From NCBI GenBank assembly GCA_021815445.1, contig JAKAGM010000002.1:307720-371719 (forward strand): 64,000 nucleotides of DNA, written 5' to 3'. Both the position numbers and the translations under genes were made by a program. Positions within the stretch are counted from its first letter, which is position 1. Every line of letters begins with the position of its first letter. The notes beneath the pieces were generated by a model, which worked only from the letters and a program-made list of their open reading frames with translations, had not been told where the DNA came from and searched no databases. The DNA comes from a bacterium. Its GTDB lineage: Bacteria > Patescibacteriota > Patescibacteriia > UBA10025. This document shows positions 50,401-58,306 of the stretch, one piece after another.

Positions 50401-52559
50401 TGGATGCGAGGACGTACGGAGCAAGAGTTGAGATCTACAGCAATAGCACGACGGCGCGCACAGCTACCTTCGCGACTGGCACATATACGCTCTCCGGCGC
50501 ATCGTCACATCTCTACGTCATTGCCGACGGAGCATCTCCGGGTGATGTCACGCTTATCGGCGCCACGAATAATCCCACGGTAACTATAGGCGGAGATCTT
50601 GATTTCACCGGTGTGGGTACGGCAAGTGAAGCGATCACTTCGGGCACGGGGATATGGACGGCGTCAGGCAATGTGAATTTCACTGACGGCACGTACACGG
50701 CCACGGCGGGCAATACCCTCGTGATGAACGGCACATCAAAGACGCTTACCAGCGCATCACAGACGCTCTATAATGTCACGCTCTCAGGTTCCATCACCCT
50801 CGCAAATGCTACGCACACCATAGCGGGCAACCTTGACATGACCGGCGGCACAATTACCGCGGGAACGTCCACAGTGACGATGACCGGCACGTCGAATACC
50901 CTGAAGGGCGGCGGGAACACGCTGGCAAGTCTCACTATTGACCCTCCATCTGCGGGCACGATTACGCTCTCGACGTCAACGCTTGGCGCGGGAAATGTAT
51001 CGGTAGGCACGAATGGCATACTTGCCGGAACGGTTGATGTTACAGTGACGGGCAATGTTACCGGCGGCGGCGCTATCACTCTCACCGGCGGCACCTTCAA
51101 ACAGCTGGTGAATGCCACAAAGACATTTGGCACCGATGTCGCGTCTGCCAACGACTGGACATTCTATAATCTTTCTTTTGAGGCTGCGAGTACGACAAAG
51201 ACTATTACCTTTAACGGCACGGGAACAGGAAAAATTATCGCTACCAACGATTTAGCGACGGTCTTTAACACGGGATCTGTCGTTGTCGACGACGCAACGA
51301 ATGACCGTATCCTCCAGGTGAATGGGAACGTCAGCATTGTATCAAATACCGAGTTAAAAGCTCCCCCGGCAGCAGCTTTCTCTGTGGCCGGCAATTGGAC
51401 AAACGCGGGTACTTTTACCCCCGGGACCGGAACGGTCACATTCAATGCAACCACCGGAACAAAAACAATTGATACAAGTGCGGCCGCGGCGGGGAATTTC
51501 GGAAATGTTGTGCTGAACGATGGGGTAGGAAACGCGACGTTCCAAATTGCCAATGGGCCGATTACCGTGAATAACAATCTCACGATTACCCATGGGACGC
51601 TTGATACCGGCGCCGCGGGAAACTATGGGATCACTATCGGAGGTAATTGGACCAACAACGGAGTTTTTACGGCAAATAGCGGTCTCGTCACAGCAAATGG
51701 TACCAGCCAGCAGACATTTTCCGGGACGATGACGGGCAGTTCAAAGTTCAACAATCTGACCATTACCAATGTTTCCGGGACTGATCCCGATACCTCACCC
51801 TCGGTGATATTCGGTTCGAGTGCGCAGACCGGGGGCACGTTCACGGCAGCCACGGCCAACACGAAGCTCAGGTTCCTCGCAGGCGGCACCTTCACTTTCC
51901 AGAATATCAGCTTCAACGGCCAGGCAACGGGCACAAGAGTGTCGCTCCGCTCCTCCACATACGGGAGCGTGTGGAATATCAATGTCGCCGGCACGCGGAG
52001 CGTGTCGAATACCAATGTTGAAGATTCCGACGCCTGCGGGCAGGCGCCCGACATCGACGCATCAGATGGGACGAACGTCGATAAAGGCAACAACCATTGC
52101 TGGGATATCAACAGGATATCAGTGTCGCTCTCGGCCAATACAATCAACTTAGGCACCCTGAGCACGAGCACGGTGTCGCAGGGCTCCATGATTTCTACTG
52201 TGACGACAAATGCGCCCGACGGGTATGTCAGCGTTATTTACGATACCCAGGACTTCTCGACGGTAGGAGGGGGGACTATTGCGGATGCCGGCGGTTCTAT
52301 TACTAACGGCACCGCGGGGTACGGAGTATCGAGCTCCATGGCGAGCCAAACGGTTGCCCAGACGACGGGAGCATGTTCATCAGGCGCAGGGACCTTTAAT
52401 GCAACGAGCCTCACCGCGACTCCGCAGACATTCGCGTCGAGTGCCAGCGCTGTTACAGGCCAAGCGACGACGCTCTGTTTCCTGGCGACCCCGAGCGGCA
52501 CCACCGAAGCCGGCGGATACTCTGATACGGCGACTCTGGTGACCACAGGGAGGTTCTAG
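41457..52559 (+). CDS. Giant (3700 aa) surface protein: MerR/Xis-like HTH, TM, Ig-like region, Gly/Thr-rich beta-helix-like repeats, C-terminal pilin/WxL-like domain
   Basis: LLSLEQVSEILGVHQNTLRNWDNIGKLKSVRIG..RKY at the N-terminus; single TM ~aa 110-135; repeated RFDAT..MPARTYGG units; C-terminal ~147 aa shared with the next two genes. Confidence 0.85.
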   Translation: MRFISLGQFKEKIKRNKRFDFRSLPKLLSLEQVSEILGVHQNTLRNWDNIGKLKSVRIGKRHDRKYERDRIEKLFLDMRASQAGAKRDAQKNGKKHRRGAERRNEGPLLGFWLIGNVRSVIIYGLLGLVVFFFSVQNMSLGKILFARAENDALVTMRLQSADCSGWLNPEKARFIDALAKTPLDEFLETNSAVYSNQFAFRSAGPPALNEVPGQPVQPENTAANTSAAPVNDAAAPPANTAPAPVPSADPAPASSDQTAQVNPQLICQGYTFDQPVPDGSRLEKATLVVSFAADTFANNEDVVDFSYSFNGKDWKKLSSFALLQDMSNATNDGYLSYPIEVSSFDDIKNLSVRVDYNAFPATQGSRAFFDGAALDVLIRKPPPPKLANELTQSTTIVKADVAPSEDPTLDVTVEKKSTLDFLGVGPTTRDVQSVTITDPGGNTKTVNLDIQDKQVGKNTVAQYVIPKEDLSRPGLYKVSMQVEQDGYIQEVSKEFSWGVIAVNVRSSVIEPDTYTEVGMSVLDDFGHAQCAAFIEVTVRHPGNFVEKFSTTDKTVVKNPTCKDQSVTNEPDYSAFFTTTTVGKYTVDVTATTEKGTHTISDSFEVRSNPQFTIERTEFPTRIFPFVDYPVKFTVTSQQDFTGVFMEKVPVGFQIYDITQRGAELGGSNDPQYKVITWPVALTAGKPYTLGYTFNPPDQVPFLYKLGPANIGNFTEARQWQIASDAACSSAGSGAWTTTATWSGCRVGGPIAGDTVQINSGHMITISNSTAVAAASVTIITNNSATVNGLTFGNSGSSLAITGAITIPAATASGGSLVAVDAGSITTTSGTSSVSISGAAALTSIFRISTGSVTLTGGVTFGGTQSNAQLTFTGAGSLTIGAGMGTGGTFTKSTSTVTFNGTGAQNITGYNYNNLVVNNAGLTLTTVQDGANTFTVGGTTTITAGTLTMGNFAHTFTGATSVTGTLNTSGGTTGNRTFTGAVTVNSSGTWDLSGQNPATIFANGITVSTGATSFNNGTGTVAFNTNNQALAGSVGMTFGGTATIASGVTLTNNNTGTVNFSAATNCLTGASATLSIFTTGTNSTTQCASALLGAGGSSTGLLNPSGTGSTVEYNGGSQTVKAHNSTNNYVNIKLSGSGTKTLTTTDVTYTGNFDITCSSACSTALVVANTAIQGTLTVGANATFTAGAFALTVTGTTNVQNTGVLSITSATGTKAFNGDVTIDNGGRWSVAISVNFTLPGNLTNNGTFTPSTGTYTLSGAGKAISGTFASPFTTVTLTGGGAQNNAGTFTTATLNVNAAFANTGTITVTSALAGTNTLTNSTNGNLNINVAAASYTLTGLAASASGNTVSWGFAGAQTVTPSISYYNLTLAGSGAKTLTNVTTVSNNLTMAGTATATIVTATMAIGGDLVVGGGTTITIGATTTIGGGDITTSGTSATVGTSGTPTVTISGTGSLGGGTSPGLTFYDLTISGTQTINDPYAMTINHTLTVNGTLNGTGSPATLGSIVGTGTITMASPSAWLVYPTASINFGTTSGSTAWTFYSMTVSAVLASADVTLTTQAGTGDITFNGTLQLSSFGDSFYTNLNAGGRNWIMSATNNAKPFELDVGGAGVLIASTSTFQFTGNNASGNVTLQNATYNNLTLGGASAETFDTEASLTVSGTLNVAANGTLAIGSTHTVTHSGATLTLAGIISGAGRLAYQSATAFPTTGTISSIVRFDATNNDQTMSARTYGGNVEIYNVSSSFTRAVTMTATATQVISGSLSINAAGTAGITLDASVNNPTVTVGGSISSTAGGGGLQVLYAGTGSWTVGANFDMTNIQLTVGTGNTIIMSGTGTFTSGGYNMQNLTLSGTITLANAAHTVYGNLDMTGGTITAGTSTMYMRGTANLVGGNQSLYNLTANGNANTLTVTSNVTVTNVLTIGSVGDNNNDTMSINGGISVTSGTSGTVTLSGSGTDTISGAGTLVMQNSNLNTLGVLSSKVRFDATSGDINMPARTYGGAVEIYNNHATTARVVTMLATATQTLSGDLTVIAANGGDITLAGATYNPTVSITGSVAFTKSSTGTPIITTGTGTWTVGTTLDLTNGTFTAAATNTVLMGGTGNLIGAGQTLINLTIDGNGNTVTITTSDISVSGTLTIGGAADGNNDTLSIGSGRLVTSTSAGTVTLIGSGTDTISGTGTLVVKNNNLGTAGTLSAPVRFDATAADLTMPARTYGGDVTIYTFKVVVDRTVTMSAGTYIISGNLDMNPNNPQGGVRALTLDAATNDPAVNVTGNVTNSETGVLGYSIILAGAGTWTITGYANFQSQWGTGTDFLTETNSTLVMNGTSKTLYPGNNLTLYNFTSGGTIAASGMTVSNTLLISSGTLTMDMTLLTVGNNFTNNGAYTASSGTVNMTGTSGSIGGSASTTFYNLLINGTNITTTVNTSATVSATLTVGAAGDGNNDELSIASGKTLTSATTGTVTLIGSGTDSITGLGTLVVRNSNLEATNGTISANVQFNASSGSINMPARSYGGNVEIYSSGILPRTVTIASSGTVNITGNLTVTDAGTGVSLSGMNNPTVNITGSINPCNPATDAFITTGTGVWTVSAGADFTLCSLTATSGNTLVMNGAGTLRTSVNTLQNLTLSGTITLANEVETIAGNLDMTGGTITPGTSTIVMTGTKDLIGGSQTLNNLTINGVNTTVTAKTSNLSVSGTLTIGGAADGDNDTFTINSGIAVTSGTAGTVTLVGSGTDSITGAGTLTVQNSNLGTGGVLSPIVRFDATNGDIATMPARTYGGLVEIYNGHASTARTVTMSALATQTLSGNLSVIANSGGNITLIGALNNPTVNITGGVSFAKNSTGTITVTSGTGTWSVGGAVNFTNGTYTAATGNVLAMSGSVNLIGNGQSLYDLNVNGTTNTVTATTSDVSIAGTLTVGSGNILSIASGRTVTYSGSGNVAGTGTISGAGTITFTDTSGGPGTALTTLSAVSRYDATNGNIASTTLDARTYGARVEIYSNSTTARTATFATGTYTLSGASSHLYVIADGASPGDVTLIGATNNPTVTIGGDLDFTGVGTASEAITSGTGIWTASGNVNFTDGTYTATAGNTLVMNGTSKTLTSASQTLYNVTLSGSITLANATHTIAGNLDMTGGTITAGTSTVTMTGTSNTLKGGGNTLASLTIDPPSAGTITLSTSTLGAGNVSVGTNGILAGTVDVTVTGNVTGGGAITLTGGTFKQLVNATKTFGTDVASANDWTFYNLSFEAASTTKTITFNGTGTGKIIATNDLATVFNTGSVVVDDATNDRILQVNGNVSIVSNTELKAPPAAAFSVAGNWTNAGTFTPGTGTVTFNATTGTKTIDTSAAAAGNFGNVVLNDGVGNATFQIANGPITVNNNLTITHGTLDTGAAGNYGITIGGNWTNNGVFTANSGLVTANGTSQQTFSGTMTGSSKFNNLTITNVSGTDPDTSPSVIFGSSAQTGGTFTAATANTKLRFLAGGTFTFQNISFNGQATGTRVSLRSSTYGSVWNINVAGTRSVSNTNVEDSDACGQAPDIDASDGTNVDKGNNHCWDINRISVSLSANTINLGTLSTSTVSQGSMISTVTTNAPDGYVSVIYDTQDFSTVGGGTIADAGGSITNGTAGYGVSSSMASQTVAQTTGACSSGAGTFNATSLTATPQTFASSASAVTGQATTLCFLATPSGTTEAGGYSDTATLVTTGRF

Positions 52560-52604
52560 AATCTTGAAGCAAAAACAGGTTTTCTGCAAAATCTAGGCAA
52601 CAAG

Positions 52605-52700
52605 AGCCTTCTCCGCAGAGGCGGATCCGCTTCCGGTGGAAAAGGTCTTTGTTATTGCCAGGGAATCCTGCCCGCCCCGCTTTGCGGAGCGAGGCGGGGG
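52605..52700. repeat. REP-like palindromic cluster
   Basis: CCTTCTCCGC-AGAGGCGGATCCGCTTC-CGGTGGAAAAGG and CCCGCCCCGCT..AGCGAGGCGGG stems in the intergenic space. Confidence 0.45.
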
Positions 52701-52841
52701 AATCAAGTCCATGGTTGATAGACACTCAAGAGCAAAGTATTTGACAAGAAACGATAAGTGTGCTATGCTGTAGCCAAGTGAAATGACAGTTTGAGTTTTT
52801 TCTGAAAACAAATTCTTAAAATCACCCAAAAATAAGATTGT

Positions 52842-53933
52842 ATGAGTCGAGTCTGCTCATATCCTCAATCAAAGTCCGCACATAAATACGTGAACCTGTT
52901 TTTGGTCATCCTTTACGTGGCAGTTTTTGCTTTTCTCGTGCCATTGCAGCCCGCCTCTGCCGCCACTCTCTCTACCTCCCGTGATTATCTGAACCGTGAA
53001 ATAGCCGACCTTGCCAGCGGTCTCCAGCACGAAGTCTTTCTCACCACCGTCGGCGCAGTCAGCGGCGGAGCCGGTATCAACAAAGTCATCCTCGTCTTCC
53101 CTGATGCAGACGACGGCAAATGGTGCCGCACCGCAGGCACTGACCTTGTCGCGACAGGCATTGCCAATCCTTCCGGCGGCGCCACGGAAACCGCCACAAT
53201 CCTTCCCGGCACCCTGACAGCCGCCTGTACCCAGGGAGCGGGGGCTTCAAGCTATGACACAATTACCGTCTCGGGCGTTAACAATCTTTCGGCGACTACC
53301 AAGTACGGCGTCCGCATCGCCCAGGCAGGATCTCCGGTAGGCCTGCTTGGCACCGCAACAGCCGCAGCCAACAATATCCAGGTGACGGTCAAGACGAACA
53401 ACGGCACCTCGGACATTGATACCGGAACCGTCGCCCTTTCACTCATCACCAACGACCAGGTGTCAGTCACGGCAACCGTGACTCCGACCCTGACCGTCGT
53501 CTTGAGCGCCAATACCGTCGCTCTCGGCACGCTTGCCACAGGAACGGTGACCCAGGGCTCTATCACCAGCACCGTGACCACCAATGCTAGCGGGGGCTAT
53601 GTCTCGCAGGTGAAGTACAACAATACGCTGACGTCGTTGGCGTCTGACACCATTGCCGACGCCGGCGGCACCATCACCAACGGCACCGCGGGATTCGGGG
53701 CTTCAACTTCGGCAACCAGCCAAGGCATTGCCACCATCACCACAGCCTGTTCGTCAGGTGCCGGAACCTTTAATGCATCATCCCTGACCACGGCCTTCCA
53801 GACCTTTGCCTCTGCAGCGGCGGCCGTCAGCAGTGATGCCACCACCCTTTGCTTCCTTGCCACGATCAGCGGCACCACTCCCGCCGGGTCTTACTCGAGC
53901 ACGAGCACGCTGGTGACGACAGGGAGGTTCTAA
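52842..53933 (+). CDS. Secreted two-domain putative fibre/pilin-like subunit (copy 1)
   Basis: Signal peptide ending ASA; Thr/Ala/Gly-rich; four Cys in the mature chain; C-terminal PAGSYSSTSTLVTTGRF; promoter TTGACA..TATGCT at ~52742-52769. Confidence 0.8.
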   Translation: MSRVCSYPQSKSAHKYVNLFLVILYVAVFAFLVPLQPASAATLSTSRDYLNREIADLASGLQHEVFLTTVGAVSGGAGINKVILVFPDADDGKWCRTAGTDLVATGIANPSGGATETATILPGTLTAACTQGAGASSYDTITVSGVNNLSATTKYGVRIAQAGSPVGLLGTATAAANNIQVTVKTNNGTSDIDTGTVALSLITNDQVSVTATVTPTLTVVLSANTVALGTLATGTVTQGSITSTVTTNASGGYVSQVKYNNTLTSLASDTIADAGGTITNGTAGFGASTSATSQGIATITTACSSGAGTFNASSLTTAFQTFASAAAAVSSDATTLCFLATISGTTPAGSYSSTSTLVTTGRF

Positions 53934-55126
53934 GACTTAATAAGAATAATTCTCGCTTAAAGCTGGTTGACCCTTCTCTGTTTGCTTGATACCATCATAT
54001 GCATAGGGGAAACACAAAAGTTACATTATGATACACAAAAGAAAATTACTGCTCATGAGTAAAATGTTTCGGCGCGTTAGTTGTGCGTTCTCAACCATTG
54101 CAGTTCTTGTAGCGGTCATTTTAAATTTAACTATGCAGCCCGCCTCTGCCGCCACTCTCTCTACCTCCCGTGATTATCTGAACCGTGAAATAGCCGACCT
54201 TGCCAGCGGTCTCCAGCACGAAGTCTTTCTCACCACCGTCGGCGCAGTCAGCGGCGGAGCCGGTATCAACAAAGTCATCCTCGTCTTCCCTGATGCAGAC
54301 GACGGCAAATGGTGCCGCACCGCAGGCACTGACCTTGTCGCGACAGGCATTGCCAATCCTTCCGGCGGCGCCACGGAAACCGCCACAATCCTTCCCGGCA
54401 CCCTGACAGCCGCCTGTACCCAGGGAGCGGGGGCTTCAAGCTATGACACAATTACCGTCTCGGGCGTTAACAATCTTTCGGCGACTACCAAGTACGGCGT
54501 CCGCATCGCCCAGGCAGGATCTCCGGTAGGCCTGCTTGGCACCGCAACAGCCGCAGCCAACAATATCCAGGTGACGGTCAAGACGAACAACGGCACCTCG
54601 GACATTGATACCGGAACCGTCGCCCTTTCACTCATCACCAACGACCAGGTGTCAGTCACGGCAACCGTGACTCCGACCCTGACCGTCGTCTTGAGCGCCA
54701 ATACCGTCGCTCTCGGCACGCTTGCCACAGGAACGGTGACCCAGGGCTCTATCACCAGCACCGTGACCACCAATGCTAGCGGGGGCTATGTCTCGCAGGT
54801 GAAGTACAACAATACGCTGACGTCGTTGGCGTCTGACACCATTGCCGACGCCGGCGGCACCATCACCAACGGCACCGCGGGATTCGGGGCTTCAACTTCG
54901 GCAACCAGCCAAGGCATTGCCACCATCACCACAGCCTGTTCGTCAGGTGCCGGAACCTTTAATGCATCATCCCTGACCACGGCCTTCCAGACCTTTGCCT
55001 CTGCAGCGGCGGCCGTCAGCAGTGATGCCACCACCCTTTGCTTCCTTGCCACGATCAGCGGCACCACTCCCGCCGGGTCTTACTCGAGCACGAGCACGCT
55101 GGTGACGACAGGGAGGTTCTAAGACT
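52945..55126 (+). repeat. 993-bp direct repeat (52945-53937 and 54134-55126)
   Basis: Copies read identically from TGCAGCCCGCC to TTCTAAGACT at offset 1189; alternative-frame ORF translations are also identical. Confidence 0.9.
54028..55122 (+). CDS. Secreted putative fibre/pilin-like subunit (copy 2, identical mature sequence, different signal peptide)
   Basis: Protein identical to copy 1 from QPASAA onward. Confidence 0.8.
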   Translation: MIHKRKLLLMSKMFRRVSCAFSTIAVLVAVILNLTMQPASAATLSTSRDYLNREIADLASGLQHEVFLTTVGAVSGGAGINKVILVFPDADDGKWCRTAGTDLVATGIANPSGGATETATILPGTLTAACTQGAGASSYDTITVSGVNNLSATTKYGVRIAQAGSPVGLLGTATAAANNIQVTVKTNNGTSDIDTGTVALSLITNDQVSVTATVTPTLTVVLSANTVALGTLATGTVTQGSITSTVTTNASGGYVSQVKYNNTLTSLASDTIADAGGTITNGTAGFGASTSATSQGIATITTACSSGAGTFNASSLTTAFQTFASAAAAVSSDATTLCFLATISGTTPAGSYSSTSTLVTTGRF

Positions 55127-55159
55127 ATATCTTTGGATGTGATCATAAGGAGGAACTCT

Positions 55160-56263
55160 ATGATATTCAAAAATAAATTAGCCGCGATCCTGTTTTTCAG
55201 TATTATCGCCGGACTAGTCGTTATTCCGCACGCAAGCCATGCCTTGACGCTGATTCCTCCGTCTCTTGAGTTCCAAGCCACTCCGGGTCAGACGTACCAG
55301 ACGACTGTCAAAGTATTTAACGAAGAGGAAAAAGATATCCAGGTATATACCGAGGTCGCCAATTTCGGTCCCCAGGGCGAGTCAGGCGTTCCCGCGTTTG
55401 ATTTTACCCAGCAAAGCACTGATTTAAGCGCATGGATTACGGTAGATAAGGGACCGTTTGCGATCAAGCCCGGGGAACGGATAGAGATTCCCATCAAAGT
55501 GAATCCGCCAAAAAACGCGGAGCCCGGCGGCCATTATTCCGCGATTTTCTTTTCACAAAATGCTCCCACTGATTCCGCGGGGACTCAGGTCGGGATTGCG
55601 TCAAAAATCGGCGTCCTTCTCCTCGTCAAAATCTCAGGTGACGTCAAAGAAGAGGGAAGTATAAAGGAATTCTCAGTGAGTGCGACAAAGATGCTGACTC
55701 GGTTGCCCGTCGATTTTAACGTACGTTTTGAAAATACTGGAAATGTCCATCTTCGTCCTACCGGGGCCATTACCATCAGCAATATGTTCGGACACGTCGT
55801 AGACACCGTGCAGATCAACCAGCAAAAAGGCGCCACGCTGCCCAAGTCGATCAGAAAGTATGACGCCCTCTGGGAACGGGCGCAGGTGAAGGCGACCACA
55901 GGAAACGGCTGGAGTAAGTTTTGGTCCGAATACAGAAATGAGCGCCTGAACTTCGGAATTGGGAAATACAAAGCTGCTCTCAGCATGGTCGCAGGGACTA
56001 ACGACGGTATCCGTGACACAAAGACCTTAAGTTTCTGGATTGTACCGTGGCACGTCCTGTTGATTTACGGGGTTGCGCTTGTTATTATCTTGCTCGCCCT
56101 GTGGCACCTGATTAAGCAATACAACAAGTGGTTGATCAACAAAGCCCTCAAATCACGGGCAAGCGTCCCGGGTGATAGCGATAAACAAAAAGAGAAAGCT
56201 GTCGTCAAGAATGAAAGCGGCAAGAGTGCCGGAGATAAGAATCAGCGGGATAAGGGCAAGTAA
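55160..56263 (+). CDS. DUF916/WxL-interacting-like (PapD-like) protein with C-terminal TM anchor
   Basis: Signal peptide; P..LE....PG, W I...PGE....I..P.NAEPGGHY.AIFF, FENTGNVHLRP.G, G.YKA, FW..PW + TM. Confidence 0.7.
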   Translation: MIFKNKLAAILFFSIIAGLVVIPHASHALTLIPPSLEFQATPGQTYQTTVKVFNEEEKDIQVYTEVANFGPQGESGVPAFDFTQQSTDLSAWITVDKGPFAIKPGERIEIPIKVNPPKNAEPGGHYSAIFFSQNAPTDSAGTQVGIASKIGVLLLVKISGDVKEEGSIKEFSVSATKMLTRLPVDFNVRFENTGNVHLRPTGAITISNMFGHVVDTVQINQQKGATLPKSIRKYDALWERAQVKATTGNGWSKFWSEYRNERLNFGIGKYKAALSMVAGTNDGIRDTKTLSFWIVPWHVLLIYGVALVIILLALWHLIKQYNKWLINKALKSRASVPGDSDKQKEKAVVKNESGKSAGDKNQRDKGK

Positions 56264-56292
56264 ATTATTTTATACCGTTCAATGACGCCGAT

Positions 56293-57156
56293 ATGACGAC
56301 ACTGCGCGCATTGTGTCGCTGTTTGCGATACATTATTGCCGGAGTCCTCGTTGCGGCGATGGTTATACCCTCGCAAGTTTTTGCGCTTGATATTAATGTC
56401 ACCGCGGAAGTGCCCGTACCGGTACCGCCGGAGATTATCGATGCAACCGTAATATTCAGCGGCTTTTCATATCCGAATTCCGCAATGCGGATACTCAAGG
56501 ACGGTACGCAAGTTGTAACAGGCGCTGCTGACGCCCAAGGCCGGTACACTATCACGGTCACGACAGCGCCGGGCGCATATACGTTCGGCGTCATTGGCAA
56601 AGATATTCGCGGGAGAGACGGAGCAGTCACCAACTTCTCCCTCGCTCTCACCAGTGGGGCGACAGTGACTATTAGCGATGTCTTTTTGGCGCCGACTATC
56701 GCGACGAACGCCACAAGCGTTACCGCGGGCGAGACTGTCGCTTTTTCAGGGTTTACCGTGCCGCAAAGCACCGTTACCCTTACGGTAAATTCGTTTCAGG
56801 AAAAGATATACACGGCTACCTCGAATAGCGCCGGAGAGTGGCTGATCAACGTTGCCACGAGTACGTTTGAAGCCGGTACGCACACCGCATCAGCGAAATC
56901 GACAACGGGGACATTGGCATCGGAAATTTCCGGCATCGTCAGCTTTATCGTAAAAGGCGCCCAGCCCCCGAACAAATGCGACGGTAAGGTTTCCGGTGAC
57001 ATTAATTGTGACGGAAAGGTAGACCTTATTGATTTCAGCATCATGCTGTATTATTGGAATGTGACCCATCCGGCGAATGCCCGGGTAGACATCAATGCTG
57101 ATGGCGTCGTGGATGAGGCAGATTTCAGTATTTTACTCTTTTATTGGACAGGGTAG
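56293..57156 (+). CDS. Secreted Ig-like protein with C-terminal dockerin domain
   Basis: Duplicated Ca-binding motif GDINCDGKVDLIDFSIML / DINADGVVDEADFSILL. Confidence 0.85.
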   Translation: MTTLRALCRCLRYIIAGVLVAAMVIPSQVFALDINVTAEVPVPVPPEIIDATVIFSGFSYPNSAMRILKDGTQVVTGAADAQGRYTITVTTAPGAYTFGVIGKDIRGRDGAVTNFSLALTSGATVTISDVFLAPTIATNATSVTAGETVAFSGFTVPQSTVTLTVNSFQEKIYTATSNSAGEWLINVATSTFEAGTHTASAKSTTGTLASEISGIVSFIVKGAQPPNKCDGKVSGDINCDGKVDLIDFSIMLYYWNVTHPANARVDINADGVVDEADFSILLFYWTG

Positions 57157-57163
57157 TCATCGT

Positions 57164-58306
57164 ATGCGAAAAGTTCAATCAGTGAAATATTTGATTGCCG
57201 GTGCGCTCGTTGTGGCGGGTTTATTCGGTATTCGCAGTGCTGCGCATGCCGCATTACTCTTTACCTACCCGCAGGAATACCAGGCGGTGGCGAATGACAC
57301 GCTTGTCGTCGATATTAGGCTGGACAGCAAGCTGGATCCCGTGAATGTGGTGAAAGGGACGTTGCTGTATCCCACTGACCTTCTCGCCGTGGAGGACGTT
57401 TCATACCGCGGATCATTCCTGACGCTGTGGATCCAGCAGCCCACCGTTGACGCAAAGGCGGGAACCGTCACATTCCTGGGGGGCGTTCCTCATGGCAGCT
57501 ACGTAGCCGGTGGACGCGTTATGACCGTTACTTTCCGTGCGTTGTCCCAGGGTACTGCGAAGCTTGTTTTTGACCAGGGGTTGTCGAGCGTTCTCCTGAA
57601 TGACGGCAAGGGAACCAAGGCCCCGCTCCAGACACAGCAGGGGACCTATTATATCGTGGATGCTTTAACAAGCATCGTCCGAATAGACTCATCGACCCAT
57701 CCGGACGAAAATACGTGGTATCCCTTTAACCTGCTTAAAGTTCATTGGGATCCAAAACCCGGCGCTTCCTATAGTTATGTGCTGAGCAAGGATCCTTTTG
57801 AAACCCCTGATGATCTCGCAGATTCGGCCATCGGTGATGTACAGTTTACCGATCTCGATGACGGGGCATATTACTTTACCCTCAAGGAGCTTATCCCGGG
57901 TCATGCCTGGAGCGTCGTAGGCAGGCGGAGAGCGCTTATCGACAGGATAGGCCCGACAGGTTTGGAGTATAAGATCGGCAGCGATCCCACCGCGTATGGA
58001 GGGAAAACATTTTTAGCATTCACAGCGTCAGATGCGGCGTCGGGCATCGATCACTTTGATGTAGTCGAAGGAAATACGGTGACATCACCGGCTACAAGTC
58101 CGTACATTCTCGCAGATCAGACCCGCCACAAGGGGATTATCCTCCGGGTATATGATAAGGCGGGTAATATGACCGAGGCCACGGTTTCCCAATCTTCTCC
58201 GATTACCTCCTCAACAGCGACATTCATAGTCGTTGGCGCCGGTATTGTTCTAGGTGCTATTGTAGTAATATGGATTCGCACGCGAAAGCGCAAAAAAGAA
58301 CAATAA
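57164..58306 (+). CDS. Cohesin-domain protein, C-terminally membrane-anchored
   Basis: VDIRLD...VN...GTL.YP..L, GS...W...P, G.V.F.GG.P, F.A...G.A.L, VLLNDGKGT; SSTHPD; C-terminal TM + basic tail. Confidence 0.75.
   Translation: MRKVQSVKYLIAGALVVAGLFGIRSAAHAALLFTYPQEYQAVANDTLVVDIRLDSKLDPVNVVKGTLLYPTDLLAVEDVSYRGSFLTLWIQQPTVDAKAGTVTFLGGVPHGSYVAGGRVMTVTFRALSQGTAKLVFDQGLSSVLLNDGKGTKAPLQTQQGTYYIVDALTSIVRIDSSTHPDENTWYPFNLLKVHWDPKPGASYSYVLSKDPFETPDDLADSAIGDVQFTDLDDGAYYFTLKELIPGHAWSVVGRRRALIDRIGPTGLEYKIGSDPTAYGGKTFLAFTASDAASGIDHFDVVEGNTVTSPATSPYILADQTRHKGIILRVYDKAGNMTEATVSQSSPITSSTATFIVVGAGIVLGAIVVIWIRTRKRKKEQ

Noticed and set aside
43430-52546. Many Val/Pro-rich minus-strand ORFs
   Set aside because: Reverse-frame artefacts of the Gly/Thr-rich giant gene
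52945-55126. Diversity-generating retroelement TR/VR pair
   Set aside because: The copies appear identical with no adenine-specific mismatches, the repeat is ~1 kb, and no reverse transcriptase is in the window
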